From: Paragordius varius
Lineage: Eukaryota > Animalia > Nematomorpha
DNA length: 64,000 bases
Reading direction: 5' to 3'
NCBI GenBank assembly: GCA_964247055.1
Contig: OZ176053.1
Span: 14,133,899-14,197,898, forward strand
Position numbers and translations under genes: made by a program. Positions 14,700-30,700 of the stretch are shown piece by piece (within the stretch, counting starts at the first letter, position 1; each line of letters begins with the position of its first letter). The notes beneath the pieces were generated by a model. The model was not told the origin of the DNA and made no database searches. It was given only the letters and a program-made list of their open reading frames with translations.

Positions 14700-17600
14700 A
14701 ATTTTTTAAATATTTAAAAAATTCATAAAAATTACATTTATAGTCCGATCTCGAAAATATTTGGGGTGATGATGGAACTACCATAGGGCTACGCAAAAAA
14801 AATTATGGTGACATCACCTGATCAAATTTGGATTTTAGGTAGCCATTTTTATTTTTAAAATAGTATAAAATAAATTTTTTAAATATTTAAAAAATTCATA
14901 AAAATTACATTTATAGTCCGATCCCCAAAATATTTGAGGTGATGATGGAACAACCATAGGGCTACGCAAAAAAAATTATGGCGACATCACCTGATCAAAT
15001 TTGGATTTTAGGTAGCCATTTTTATTTTTAAAATCGTATAAAATAAATTTTTTAAATATTTAAAAAATTCATAAAAATTACATTTATAGTCCGATCTCGA
15101 AAATATTTGGGGTGATGATGGAACTACCATAGGGCTACGCAAAAAAAATTATGGTGACATCACCTGATCAAATTTGGATTTTAGGTAGCCATTTTTATTT
15201 TTAAAATCGTATAAAATAAATTTTTTAAATATTTAAAAAATTCAAAAAAATTACATTTATACTCCGATCTCGACAATATTTGGGGTGATGATGGAACTAC
15301 CATAGGGCTACCCAAAAAAAATTATGGTGACATCACCTGATCAAATTTGGATTTTAGGTAGCCATTTTTATTTTTAAAATCGTATAAAATAAATTTTTTA
15401 AATATTTAAAAAATTCATAAAAATTACATTTATACTCCGATCTCGAAAATATTTGGGGTGATGATGGAACTACCATAGGGCTACCCAAAAAAAATTATAG
15501 TGACATCACCTGATCAAATTTGGATTTTAGGTAGCCATTTTTATTTTTAAAATCGTATAAAATAAATTTTAAATATTTAAAAAATTCATAAAAATTACAT
15601 TTATAGTCCGATCCCCAAAATATTTGAGGTGATGATGGAACAACCATAGGGCTACGCAAAAAAAATTATGGCGACATCACCTGATCAAATTTGGATTTTA
15701 GGTAGCCATTTTTATTTTTAAAATCGTATAAAATAAATTTTTTAAATATTTAAAAAATTCAAAAAAATTACATTTATACTCCGATCTCGAAAATATTTGG
15801 GGTGATGATGGAACTACCATAGGGCTACCTAAAAAAAATTATGGCGACATCACCTGATCAAATTTGGATTTTAGGTAGCCATTTTTATTTTTAAAATCGT
15901 ATAAAATAAATTTTTTAAATATTTAAAAAATTCATAAAAATTACATTTATACTCCGATCTCGAAAATATTTGGGGTGATGATGGAACTACCATAGGGCTA
16001 CCCAAAAAAAATTATAGTGACATCACCTGATCAAATTTGGATTTTAGGTAGCCATTTTTATTTTTAAAATCGTATAAAATAAATTTTTTAAATATTTTAA
16101 AAATTCATAAAAATTACATTTATACTCCGATCTCGAAAATATTTGGGGTGATGATGGAATTACCATAGGGCTACCCAAAAAAAATTATGGTGACATCACC
16201 TGATCAAATTTGGATTTTAGTTAGCCATTTTTATTTTTAAAATCGTATAAAATAAATTTTTTAAATATTTAAAAAATTCATAAAAATTACATTTATAGTC
16301 CGATCCCCAAAATATTTGAGGTGATGATGGAACAACCATAGGGCTACGCAAAAAAAATTATGGCGACATCACTGATCAAATTTGGATTTTAGGTAGCCAT
16401 TTTTATTTTTAAAATCGTATAAAATAAATTTTTTAAATATTTAAAAAATTCATAAAAATTACATTTATAGTCCGATCTCGAAAATATTTGGGGTGATGAT
16501 GGAACTACCATAGGGCTACGGAAAAAAAATTATGGTGACATCACCTGATCAAATTTGGATTTTAGGTAGCCATTTTTATTTTTAAAATCGTATAAAATAA
16601 ATTTTTTAAATATTTAAAAAATTCAAAAAAATTACATTTATACTCCGATCTCGACAATATTTGGGGTGATGATGGAACTACCATAGGGCTACCCAAAAAA
16701 AATTATGGTGACATCACCTGATCAAATTTGGATTTTAGGTAGCCATTTTTATTTTTAAAATCGTATAAAATAAATTTTTTAAATATTTAAAAAATTCATA
16801 AAAATTACATTTATAGTCCGATCCCCAAAATATTTGAGGTGATGATGGAACAACCATAGGGCTACGCAAAAAAAATTATGGCGACATCACCTGATCAAAT
16901 TTGGATTTTAGGTAGCCATTTTTATTTTTAAAATCGTATAAAATAAATTTTTTAAATATTTAAAAAATTCAAAAAAATTACATTTATACTCCGATCTCGA
17001 AAATATTTGGGGTGATGATGGAACTACCATAGGGCTACCCAAAAAAAATTATGGCGACATCACCTGATCAAATTTGGATTTTAGGTAGCCATTTTTATTT
17101 TTAAAATCGTATAAAATAAATTTTTTAAATATTTAAAAAATTCATAAAAATTACATTTATACTCCGATCTCGAAAATATTTGGGGTGATGATGGAACTAC
17201 CATAGGGCTACCCAAAAAAAATTATAGTGACATCACCTGATCAAATTTGGATTTTAGGTAGCCATTTTTATTTTTAAAATCGTATAAAATAAATTTTTTA
17301 AATATTTAAAAAATTCATAAAAATTACATTTATAGTCCGATCCCCAAAATATTTGGGGTGATGATGGAATTACCATAGGGCTACCCAAAAAAAATTATGG
17401 TGACATCACCTGATCAAATTTGGATTTTAGGTAGCCATTTTTATTTTTAAAATAGTATAAAATAAATTTTTTAAATATTTAAAAAATTCATAAAAATTAC
17501 ATTTATAGTCCGATCCCCAAAATATTTGAGGTGATGATGGAACAACCATAGGGCTACGCAAAAAAAATTATGGCGACATCACCTGATCAAATTTGGATTT

Positions 17601-20600
17601 TAGGTAGCCATTTTTATTTTTAAAATCGTATAAAATAAATTTTTTAAATATTTAAAAAATTCATAAAAATTACATTTATAGTCCGATCTCGAAAATATTT
17701 GGGGTGATGATGGAACTACCATAGGGCTACGCAAAAAAAATTATGGTGACATCACCTGATCAAATTTGGATTTTAGGTAGCCATTTTTATTTTTAAAATC
17801 GTATAAAATAAATTTTTTAAATATTTAAAAAATTCAAAAAAATTACATTTATACTCCGATCTCGACAATATTTGGGGTGATGATGGAACTACCATAGGGC
17901 TACCCAAAAAAAATTATGGTGACATCACCTGATCAAATTTGGATTTTAGGTAGCCATTTTTATTTTTAAAATCGTATAAAATAAATTTTTTAAATATTTA
18001 AAAAATTCATAAAAATTACATTTATACTCCGATCTCGAAAATATTTGGGGTGATGATGGAACTACCATAGGGCTACCCAAAAAAAATTATAGTGACATCA
18101 CCTGATCAAATTTGGATTTTAGGTAGCCATTTTTATTTTTAAAATCGTATAAAATAAATTTTAAATATTTAAAAAATTCATAAAAATTACATTTATAGTC
18201 CGATCCCCAAAATATTTGAGGTGATGATGGAACAACCATAGGGCTACGCAAAAAAAATTATGGCGACATCACCTGATCAAATTTGGATTTTAGGTAGCCA
18301 TTTTTATTTTTAAAATCGTATAAAATAAATTTTTTAAATATTTAAAAAATTCAAAAAAATTACATTTATACTCCGATCTCGAAAATATTTGGGGTGATGA
18401 TGGAACTACCATAGGGCTACCTAAAAAAAATTATGGCGACATCACCTGATCAAATTTGGATTTTAGGTAGCCATTTTTATTTTTAAAATCGTATAAAATA
18501 AATTTTTTAAATATTTAAAAAATTCATAAAAATTACATTTATACTCCGATCTCGAAAATATTTGGGGTGATGATGGAACTACCATAGGGCTACCCAAAAA
18601 AAATTATAGTGACATCACCTGATCAAATTTGGATTTTAGGTAGCCATTTTTATTTTTAAAATCGTATAAAATAAATTTTTTAAATATTTAAAAAATTCAT
18701 AAAAATTACATTTATACTCCGATCTCGAAAATATTTGGGGTGATGATGGAATTACCATAGGGCTACCCAAAAAAAATTATGGTGACATCACCTGATCAAA
18801 TTTGGATTTTAGTTAGCCATTTTTATTTTTAAAATCGTATAAAATAAATTTTTTAAATATTTAAAAAATTCATAAAAATTACATTTATAGTCCGATCCCC
18901 AAAATATTTGAGGTGATGATGGAACAACCATAGGGCTACGCAAAAAAAATTATGGCGACATCACTGATCAAATTTGGATTTTAGGTAGCCATTTTTATTT
19001 TTAAAATCGTATAAAATAAATTTTTTAAATATTTAAAAAATTCATAAAAATTACATTTATAGTCCGATCTCGAAAATATTTGGGGTGATGATGGAACTAC
19101 CATAGGGCTACGCAAAAAAAATTATGGTGACATCACCTGATCAAATTTGGATTTTAGGTAGCCATTTTTATTTTTAAAATCGTATAAAATAAATTTTTTA
19201 AATATTTAAAAAATTCAAAAAAATTACATTTATACTCCGATCTCGACAATATTTGGGGTGATGATGGAACTACCATAGGGCTACCCAAAAAAAATTATGG
19301 TGACATCACCTGATCAAATTTGGATTTTAGGTAGCCATTTTTATTTTTAAAATCGTATAAAATAAATTTTTTAAATATTTAAAAAATTCATAAAAATTAC
19401 ATTTATAGTCCGATCCCCAAAATATTTGAGGTGATGATGGAACAACCATAGGGCTACGCAAAAAAAATTATGGCGACATCACCTGATCAAATTTGGATTT
19501 TAGGTAGCCATTTTTATTTTTAAAATCGTATAAAATAAATTTTTTAAATATTTAAAAAATTCAAAAAAATTACATTTATACTCCGATCTCGAAAATATTT
19601 GGGGTGATGATGGAACTACCATAGGGCTACCCAAAAAAAATTATGGCGACATCACCTGATCAAATTTGGATTTTAGGTAGCCATTTTTATTTTTAAAATC
19701 GTATAAAATAAATTTTTTAAATATTTAAAAAATTCATAAAAATTACATTTATACTCCGATCTCGAAAATATTTGGGGTGATGATGGAACTACCATAGGGC
19801 TACCCAAAAAAAATTATAGTGACATCACCTGATCAAATTTGGATTTTAGGTAGCCATTTTTATTTTTAAAATCGTATAAAATAAATTTTTTAAATATTTA
19901 AAAAATTCATAAAAATTACATTTATAGTCCGATCCCCAAAATATTTGGGGTGATGATGGAATTACCATAGGGCTACCCAAAAAAAATTATGGTGACATCA
20001 CCTGATCAAATTTGGATTTTAGGTAGCCATTTTTATTTTTAAAATAGTATAAAATAAATTTTTTAAATATTTAAAAAATTCATAAAAATTACATTTATAG
20101 TCCGATCCCCAAAATATTTGAGGTGATGATGGAACAACCATAGGGCTACGCAAAAAAAATTATGGAACATCACCTGATCAAATTTGGATTTTAGGTAGCC
20201 ATTTTTATTTTTAAAATCGTATAAAATAAATTTTTTAAATATTTAAAAAATTCATAAAAATTACATTTATAGTCCGATCTCGAAAATATTTGGGGTGATG
20301 ATGGAACTACCATAGGGCTACGCAAAAAAAATTATGGTGACATCACCTGATCAAATTTGGATTTTAGGTAGCCATTTTTATTTTTAAAATCGTATAAAAT
20401 AAATTTTTTAAATATTTAAAAAATTCAAAAAAATTACATTTATACTCCGATCTCGACAATATTTGGGGTGATGATGGAACTACCATAGGGCTACCCAAAA
20501 AAAATTATGGTGACATCACCTGATCAAATTTGGATTTTAGGTAGCCATTTTTATTTTTAAAATCGTATAAAATAAATTTTTTAAATATTTAAAAAATTCA

Positions 20601-23600
20601 TAAAAATTACATTTATACTCCGATCTCGAAAATATTTGGGGTGATGATGGAACTACCATAGGGCTACCCAAAAAAAATTATAGTGACATCACCTGATCAA
20701 ATTTGGATTTTAGGTAGCCATTTTTATTTTTAAAATCGTATAAAATAAATTTTTTAAATATTTAAAAAATTCATAAAAATTACATTTATAGTCCGATCCT
20801 CAAAATATTTGAGGTGATGATGGAACAACCATAGGGCTACGCAAAAAAAATTATGGCGACATCACCTGATCAAATTTGGATTTTAGGTAGCCATTTTTAT
20901 TTTTAAAATCGTATAAAATAAATTTTTTAAATATTTAAAAAATTCAAAAAAATTACATTTATACTCCGATCTCGAAAATATTTGGGGTGATGATGGAACT
21001 ACCATAGGGCTACCCAAAAAAAATTATGGTGACATCACCTGATCAAATTTGGATTTTAGGTAGCCATTTTTATTTTTAAAATCGTATAAAATAAATTTTT
21101 CAAATATTTAAAATTCATAAAAATTACATTTATACTCCGATCTCGAAAATATTTGGGGTGATGATGGAACTACCATAGGGCTACCCAAAAAAATTATAGT
21201 GACATCACCTGATCAAATTTGGATTTTAGGTAGCCATTTTTATTTTTAAAATCGTATAAAATAAATTTTTTAAATATTTAAAAAATTCATAAAAATTACA
21301 TTTATAGTCCGATCCCCAAAATATTTGGGGTGATGATGGAATTACCATAGGGCTACCCAAAAAAAATTATGGTGACATCACCTGATCAAATTTGGATTTT
21401 AGGTAGCCATTTTTATTTTTAATATCGTATAAAATAAATTTTTTAAATATTTAAAAAATTCAAAAAAATTACATTTATACTCCGATCTCGAAAGTATTTG
21501 GGGTGATGATGGAACTACCATAGGGCTACCCAAAAAAAATTATGGGGACACCACCTGATCAAATTTGGATTTTAGGTAGCCATTTTTATTTTTAAAATCG
21601 TATAAAATAAATTTTTTAAATATTTAAAAAAATTCATAAAAATTACATTTATACTCCGATCTCGAAAATATTTGGGGTGATGATGGAACTACCATAGGGC
21701 TACCCAAAAAAAATTATAGTGACATCACCTGATCAAATTTGGATTTTAGGTAGCCATTTTTATTTTTAAAATCGTATAAAATAAATTTTTTAAATATTTA
21801 AAAAATTCATAAAAATTACATTTATAGTCCGATCTCGACAATATTTGGGGTGATGATGGAACTACCATAGGGCTACCCAAAAAAAATTATAGTGACATCA
21901 CCTGATCAAATTTGGATTTTAGGTAGCCATTTTTATTTTTAAAATCGTATAAAATAAATTTTTTAAATATTTAAATATTCATAAAAATTACATTTATAGT
22001 CCGATCCCCAAAATATTTGGGGTGATGATGGAACAACCATAGGGCTACGCAAAAAAAATTATGGCGACATCACCTGATCAAATTTGGATTTTAGGTAGCC
22101 ATTTTTATTTTTAAAATCGTATAAAATAAATTTTTTAAATATTTAAAAAATTCAAAAAAATTACATTTATACTCCGATCTCGACAATATTTGGGGTGATG
22201 ATGGAACTACCATAGGGCTACCCAAAAAAAATTATGGTGACATCACCTGATCAAATTTAGATTTTAGGTAGCCATTTTTATTTTTAAAATCGTATAAAAT
22301 AAATTTTTTAAATATTTACAAAATTCATAAAAATTACATTTATACTCCGATCTCGAAAATATTTGGGGTGATGATGGAACTACCATAGGGCTACCCAAAA
22401 AAAATTATAGTGACATCACCTGATCAAATTTGGATTTTAGGTAGCCATTTTTATTTTTAAAATCGTATAAAATAAATTTTTTAAATATTTAAAAAATTCA
22501 TAAAAATTACATTTATAGTCCGATCCCCAAAATATTTGAGGTGATGATGGAACAACCATAGGGCTACGCAAAAAAAATTATGGCGACATCACCTGATCAA
22601 ATTTGGATTTTAGGTAGCCATTTTTATTTTTAAAATCGTATAAAATAAATTTTTTAAATATTTAAAAAATTCATAAAAATTACATTTATACTCCGTCGAA
22701 AATATTTGGGGTGATGATGGAACTACCATAGGGCTACCCAAAAAAAATTATAGTGACATCACCTGATCAAATTTGGATTTTAGGTAGCCATTTTTATTTT
22801 TAAAATCGTATAAAATAAATTTTTTAAATATTTAAAAAATTCAAAAAAATTACATTTATAATCCGATCTCGACAATATTTGGGGTGATGATGGAACTACC
22901 ATAGGGCTACCCAAAAAAAATTATAGTGACATCACCTGATCAAATTTGGATTTTAGGTAGCCATTTTTATTTTTAAAATCGTATAAAATAAATTTTTTAA
23001 ATATTTAAAAAATTCATAAAATTTACATTTATAGTCCGATCTCGAAAATATTTGGGGTGATGATGGAACTACCATAGGGCTACGCAAAAAAAATTATGGT
23101 GACATCACCTGATCAAATTTGGATTTTAGGTAGCCATTTTTATTTTTAAAATCGTATAAAATAAATTTTTTAAATATTTAAAAAATTCAAAAAAATTACA
23201 TTTATACTCCGATCTCGACAATATTTGGGGTGATGATGGAACTACCATAGGGCTACCCAAAAAAAATTATGGTGACATCACCTGATCAAATTTGGATTTT
23301 AGGTAGCCATTTTTATTTTTAAAATCGTATAAAATAAATTTTTTAATATTTAAAAATTCATAAAAATTACATTTATACTCCGATCTCGAAAATATTTGAG
23401 GTGATGATGGAACTACCATAGGGCTACCCAAAAAAAATTATAGTGACATCACCTGATCAAATTTGGATTTTAGGTAGCCATTTTTATTTTTAAAATCGTA
23501 TAAAATAAATTTTTTAAATATTTAAAAAATTCATAAAAATTACATTTATAGTCCGATCCTCAAAATATTTGAGGTGATGATGGAACAACCATAGGGCTAC

Positions 23601-24700
23601 GCAAAAAAAATTATGGCGACATCACCTGATCAAATTTGGATTTTAGGTAGCCATTTTTATTTTTAAAATCGTATAAAATAAATTTTTTAAATATTTAAAA
23701 AATTCAAAAAAATTACATTTATACTCCGATCTCGAAAATATTTGGGGTGATGATGGAACTACCATAGGGCTACCCAAAAAAAATTATGGCGACATCACCT
23801 GATCAAATTTGGATTTTAGGTAGCCATTTTTATTTTTAAAATCGTATAAAATAAATTTTTTAAATATTTAAAAAATTCATAAAAATTACATTTATAGTCC
23901 GATCCCCAAAATATTTGGGGTGATGATGGAATTACCATAGGGCTACCCAAAAAAAATTATGGTGACATCACCTGATCAAATTTGGATTTTAGGTAGCCAT
24001 TTTTATTTTTAATATCGTATAAAATAAATTTTTTAAATATTTAAAAAATTCAAAAAAATTACATTTATACTCCGATCTCGAAAGTATTTGGGGTGATGAT
24101 GGAACTACCATAGGGCTACCCAAAAAAAATTATGGGGACACCACCTGATCAAATTTGGATTTTAGGTAGCCATTTTTATTTTTAAAATCGTATAAAATAA
24201 ATTTTTTAAATATTTAAAAAAATTCATAAAAATTACATTTATACTCCGATCTCGAAAATATTTGGGGTGATGATGGAACTACCATAGGGCTACCCAAAAA
24301 AAATTATAGTGACATCACCTGATCAAATTTGGATTTTAGGTAGCCATTTTTATTTTTAAAATCGTATAAAATAAATTTTTTAAATATTTAAAAAATTCAT
24401 AAAAATTACATTTATAGTCCGATCTCGACAATATTTGGGGTGATGATGGAACTACCATAGGGCTACCCAAAAAAAATTATAGTGACATCACCTGATCAAA
24501 TTTGGATTTTAGGTAGCCATTTTTATTTTTAAAATCGTATAAAATAAATTTTTTAAATATTTAAATATTCATAAAAATTACATTTATAGTCCGATCCCCA
24601 AAATATTTGGGGTGATGATGGAACAACCATAGGGCTACGCAAAAAAAATTATGGCGACATCACCTGATCAAATTTGGATTTTAGGTAGCCATTTTTATTT
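14700..24700 (+). repeat. Higher-order repeat domain with a ~2.59-kb (15-monomer) period
   Basis: tagtata occurs at 14861, 17453 and 20045 (spacing 2592). The 1-bp-deletion marker actgatca occurs at 16371 and 18963. ttagccat occurs at 16221 and 18813. aaagtattt plus ggggacacc occurs at 21491 and 24081 (spacing 2590). Confidence 0.82.
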
Positions 24701-27700
24701 TTAAAATCGTATAAAATAAATTTTTTAAATATTTAAAAAATTCATAAAAATTACATTTATAGTCCGATCCCCAAAATATTTGAGGTGATGATGGAACAAC
24801 CATAGGGCTACGCAAAAAAAATTATGGCGACATCACCTGATCAAATTTGGATTTTAGGTAGCCATTTTTATTTTTAAAATCGTATAAAATAAATTTTTTA
24901 AATATTTAAAAAATTCATAAAAATTACATTTATACTCCGTCGAAAATATTTGGGGTGATGATGGAACTACCATAGGGCTACCCAAAAAAAATTATAGTGA
25001 CATCACCTGATCAAATTTGGATTTTAGGTAGCCATTTTTATTTTTAAAATCGTATAAAATAAATTTTTTAAATATTTAAAAAATTCAAAAAAATTACATT
25101 TATACTCCTATCTCGACAATATTTGGGGTGATGATGGAACTACCATAGGGCTACCCAAAAAAAATTATAGTGACATCACCTGATCAAATTTGGATTTTAG
25201 GTAGCCATTTTTATTTTTAAAATCGTATAAAATAAATTTTTTAAATATTTAAAAAATTCATAAAAATTACATTTATAGTCCGATCCCCAAAATATTTGAG
25301 GTGATGATGGAACAACCATAGGGCTACGCAAAAAAAATTATGGCGACATCACCTGATCAAATTTGGATTTTAGGTAGCCATTTTTATTTTTAAAATCGTA
25401 TAAAATAAATTTTTTAAATATTTAAATATTCATAAAAATTACATTTATAGTCCGATCCCCAAAATATTTGGGGTGATGATGGAACAACCATAGGGCTACG
25501 CAAAAAAAATTATGGCGACATCACCTGATCAAATTTGGATTTTAGGTAGCCATTTTTATTTTTAAAATCGTATAAAATAAATTTTTTAAATATTTAAAAA
25601 ATTCATAAAAATTACATTTATAGTCCGATCCCCAAAATATTTGGGGTGATGATGGAACTACCATAGGGCTACCCAAAAAAAATTATGGTGACATCACCTG
25701 ATCAAATTTAGATTTTAGGTAGCCATTTTTATTTTTAAAATCGTATAAAATAAATTTTTTAAATATTTACAAAATTCATAAAAATTACATTTATACTCCG
25801 ATCTCGAAAATATTTGGGGTGATGATGGAACTACCATAGGGCTACCCAAAAAAAATTATAGTGACATCACCTGAGCAAATTTGGATTTTAGGTAGCCATT
25901 TTTATTTTTAAAATCGTATAAAATAAATTTTTTAAATATTTAAAAAATTCATAAAAATTACATTTATAGTCCGATCCCCAAAATATTTGGGGTGATGATG
26001 GAATTACCATAGGGCTACCCAAAAAAAATTATAGTGACATCACCTGATCAAATTTGGATTTTAGGTAGCCATTTTTATTTTTAAAATCGTATAAAATAAA
26101 TTTTTTAAATATTTAAAAAATTCATAAAAATTACATTTATAGTCCGATCCCCAAAATATTTGAGGTGATGATGGAACAACCATAGGGCTACGCAAAAAAA
26201 ATTATGACGACATCACCTGATCAAATTTGGATTTTAGGTAGCCATTTTTATTTTTAAAATCGTATAAAATAAATTTTTTAAATATTTAAATATTCATAAA
26301 AATTACATTTATAGTCCGATCCCCAAAATATTTGGGGTGATGATGGCACAACCATAGGGCTACGCAAAAAAAATTATGGCGACATCACCTGATCAAATTT
26401 GGATTTTAGGTAGCCATTTTTATTTTTAAAATCGTATAAAATAAATTTTTTAAATATTTAAAAAATTCAAAAAAATTACATTTATACTCCGATCTCGACA
26501 ATATTTGGGGTGATGATGGAACTACCATAGGGCTACCCAAAAAAAATTATGGTGACATCACCTGATCAAATTTAGATTTTAGGTAGCCATTTTTATTTTT
26601 AAAATCGTATAAAATAAATTTTTTAAATATTTACAAAATTCATAAAAATTACATTTATACTCCGATCTCGAAAATATTTGGGGTGATGATGGAACTACCA
26701 TAGGGCTACCCAAAAAAAATTATAGTGACATCACCTGATCAAATTTAGATTTTAGGTAGCCATTTTTATTTTTAAAATCGTATAAAATAAATTTTTTAAA
26801 TATTTAAAAAATTCATAAAAATTACATTTATAGTCCGATCCCCAAAATATTTGAGGTGATGATGGAACAACCATAGGGCTACGCAAAAAAAATTATGGCG
26901 ACATCACCTGATCAAATTTGGATTTTAGGTAGCCATTTTTATTTTTAAAATCGTATAAAATAAATTTTTTAAATATTTAAAAAATTCAAAAAAATTACAT
27001 TTATACTCCGATCTCGAAAATATTTGGGGTGATGATGGAACTACCATAGGGCTACCCAAAAAAAATTATGGCGACATCACCTGATCAAATTTGGATTTTA
27101 GGTAGCCATTTTTATTTTTAAAATCGTATAAAATAAATTTTTTAAATATTTAAAAAATTCATAAAAATTACATTTATACTCCGATCTCGAAAATATTTGG
27201 GGTGATGATGGAACTACCATAGGGCTACCCAAAAAAAATTATAGTGACATCACCTGATCAAATTTGGATTTTAGGTAGCCATTTTTATTTTTAAAATCGT
27301 ATAAAATAAATTTTTTAAATATTTAAATATTCATAAAAATTACATTTATAGTCCGATCCCCAAAATATTTGGGGTGATGATGGAACAACCATAGGGCTAC
27401 GCAAAAAAAATTATGGCGACATCACCTGATCAAATTTGGATTTTAGGTAGCCATTTTTATTTTTAAAATCGTATAAAATAAATTTTTTAAATATTTAAAA
27501 AATTCAAAAAAATTACATTTATACTCCGATCTCGACAATATTTGGGGTGATGATGGAACTACCATAGGGCTACCCAAAAAAAATTATGGTGACATCACCT
27601 GATCAAATTTAGATTTTAGGTAGCCATTTTTATTTTTAAAATCGTATAAAATAAATTTTTTAAATATTTACAAAATTCATAAAAATTACATTTATACTCC

Positions 27701-30700
27701 GATCTCGAAAATATTTGGGGGGATGATGGAACTACCATAGGACTACCCAAAAAAAATTATAGTGACATCACCTGATCAAATTTGGATTTTAGGTAGCCAT
27801 TTTTATTTTTAAAATCGTATAAAATAAATTTTTTAAATATTAAAAAAATTCATAAAAATTACATTTATAGTCCGATCCCCAAAATATTTGAGGTGATGAT
27901 GGAACAACCATAGGGCTACGCAAAAAAAATTATGGCGACATCACCTGATCAAATTTGGATTTTAGGTAGCCATTTTTATTTTTAAAATCGTATAAAATAA
28001 ATTTTTTAAATATTTAAAAAATTCATAAAAATTACATTTATACTCCGTCGAAAATATTTGGGGTGATGATGGAACTACCATAGGGCTACCCAAAAAAAAT
28101 TATAGTGACATCACCTGATCAAATTTGGATTTTAGGTAGCCATTTTTATTTTTAAAATCGTATAAAATAAATTTTTTAAATATTTAAAAAATTCATAAAA
28201 ATTACATTTATACTCCGATCTCGAAAATATTTGGGGTGATGATGGAACTACCATAGGGCTACCCAAAAAAAATTATAGTGACATCACCTGATCAAATTTG
28301 GATTTTAGGTAGCCATTTTTATTTTTAAAATCGTATAAAATAAATTTTTTAAATATTTAAATATTCATAAAAATTACATTTATAGTCCGATCCCCAAAAT
28401 ATTTGGGGTGATGATGGAACAACCATAGGGCTACGCAAAAAAAATTATGGCGACATCACCTGATCAAATTTGGATTTTAGGTAGCCATTTTTATTTTTAA
28501 AATCGTATAAAATAAATTTTTTAAATATTTAAAAAATTCAAAAAAATTACATTTATACTCCGATCTCGACAATATTTGGGGTGATGATGGAACTACCATA
28601 GGGCTACCCAAAAAAAATTATGGTGACATCACCTGATCAAATTTAGATTTTAGGTAGCCATTTTTATTTTTAAAATCGTATAAAATAAATTTTTTAAATA
28701 TTTACAAAATTCATAAAAATTACATTTATACTCCGATCTCGAAAATATTTGGGGTGATGATGGAACTACCATAGGGCTACCCAAAAAAAATTATAGTGAC
28801 ATCACCTGATCAAATTTGGATTTTAGGTAGCCATTTTTATTTTTAAAATCGTATAAAATAAATTTTTTAAATATTAAAAAAATTCATAAAAATTACATTT
28901 ATAGTCCGATCCCCAAAATATTTGAGGTGATGATGGAACAACCATAGGGCTACGCAAAAAAAATTATGGCGACATCACCTGATCAAATTTGGATTTTAGG
29001 TAGCCATTTTTATTTTTAAAATCGTATAAAATAAATTTTTTAAATATTTAAAAAATTCATAAAAATTACATTTATACTCCGTCGAAAATATTTGGGGTGA
29101 TGATGGAACTACCATAGGGCTACCCAAAAAAAATTATAGTGACATCACCTGATCAAATTTGGATTTTAGGTAGCAATTTTTATTTTTAAAATCGTATAAA
29201 ATAAATTTTTTAAATATTTAAAAAATTCATAAAAATTACATTTATAGTCCGATCCCCAAAATATTTGGGGTGATGATGGAATTACCATAGGGCTACCCAA
29301 AAAAAATTATAGTGACATCACCTGATCAAATTTAGATTTTAGGTAGCCATTTTTATTTTTAAAATCGTATAAAATAAATTTTTTAAATATTTACAAAATT
29401 CATAAAAATTACATTTATAGTCCGATCTCGACAATATTTGGGGTGATGATGGAACTACCATAGGGCTACCCAAAAAAAATTATGGTGACATCACCTGATC
29501 AAATTTAGATATTAGGTAGCCATTTTTATTTTTATAATCGTATAAAATAAATTTTTTAAATATTTACAAAATTCATAAAAATTACATTTATACTCCGATC
29601 TCGAAAATATTTGGGGTGATGATGGAACTACCATAGGGCTACCCAAAAAAAAATTATAGTGACATCACCTGATCAAATTTGGATTTTAGGTAGCCATTTT
29701 TATTTTTAAAATCGTATAAAATAAATTTTTTAAATATTTAAAAAATTCATAAAAATTACATTTATAGTCCGATCCCCAAAATATTTGAGGTGATGATGGA
29801 ACAACCATAGGGCTACGCAAAAAAAATTATGGCGACATCACCTGATCAAATTTGGATTTTAGGTAGCCATTTTTATTTTTAAAATCGTATAAAATAAATT
29901 TTTTAAATATTTAAAAAATTCAAAAAAATTACATTTATACTCCGATCTCGAAAATATTTGGGGTGATGATGGAACTACCATAGGGCTACCCAAAAAAAAT
30001 TATGGCGACATCACCTGATCAAATTTGGATTTTAGGTAGCCATTTTTATTTTTAAAATCGTATAAAATAAATTTTTTAAATATTTAAAAAATTCATAAAA
30101 ATTACATTTATACTCCGATCTCGAAAATATTTGGGGTGATGATGGAACTACCATAGGGCTACCCAAAAAAAATTATAGTGACATCACCTGATCAAATTTG
30201 GATTTTAGGTAGCCATTTTTATTTTTAAAATCGTATAAAATAAATTTTTTAAATATTTAAAAAATTCATAAAAATTACATTTATACTCCGATCTCGAAAA
30301 TATTTGGGGTGATGATGGAATTACCATAGGGCTACCCAAAAAAAATTATGGTGACATCACCTGATCAAATTTGGATTTTAGGTAGCCATTTTTATTTTTA
30401 ATATCGTATAAAATAAATTTTTTAAATATTTAAAAAATTCATAAAAATTACATTTATAGTCCGATCCCCAAAATATTTGAGGTGATGATGGAACAACCAT
30501 AGGGCTACAAAAATTATGGCGACATCACCTGATCAAATTTGGATTTTAGGTAGCCATTTTTAATTTTAAAATCGTATAAAATAAATTTTTTAAATATTTA
30601 AAAAATTCAAAAAAATTACATTTATACTCCGATCTCGAAAATATTTGGGGTAATGATGGAACTACCATAGGGCTACCCAAAAAAAATTATGGTGACATCA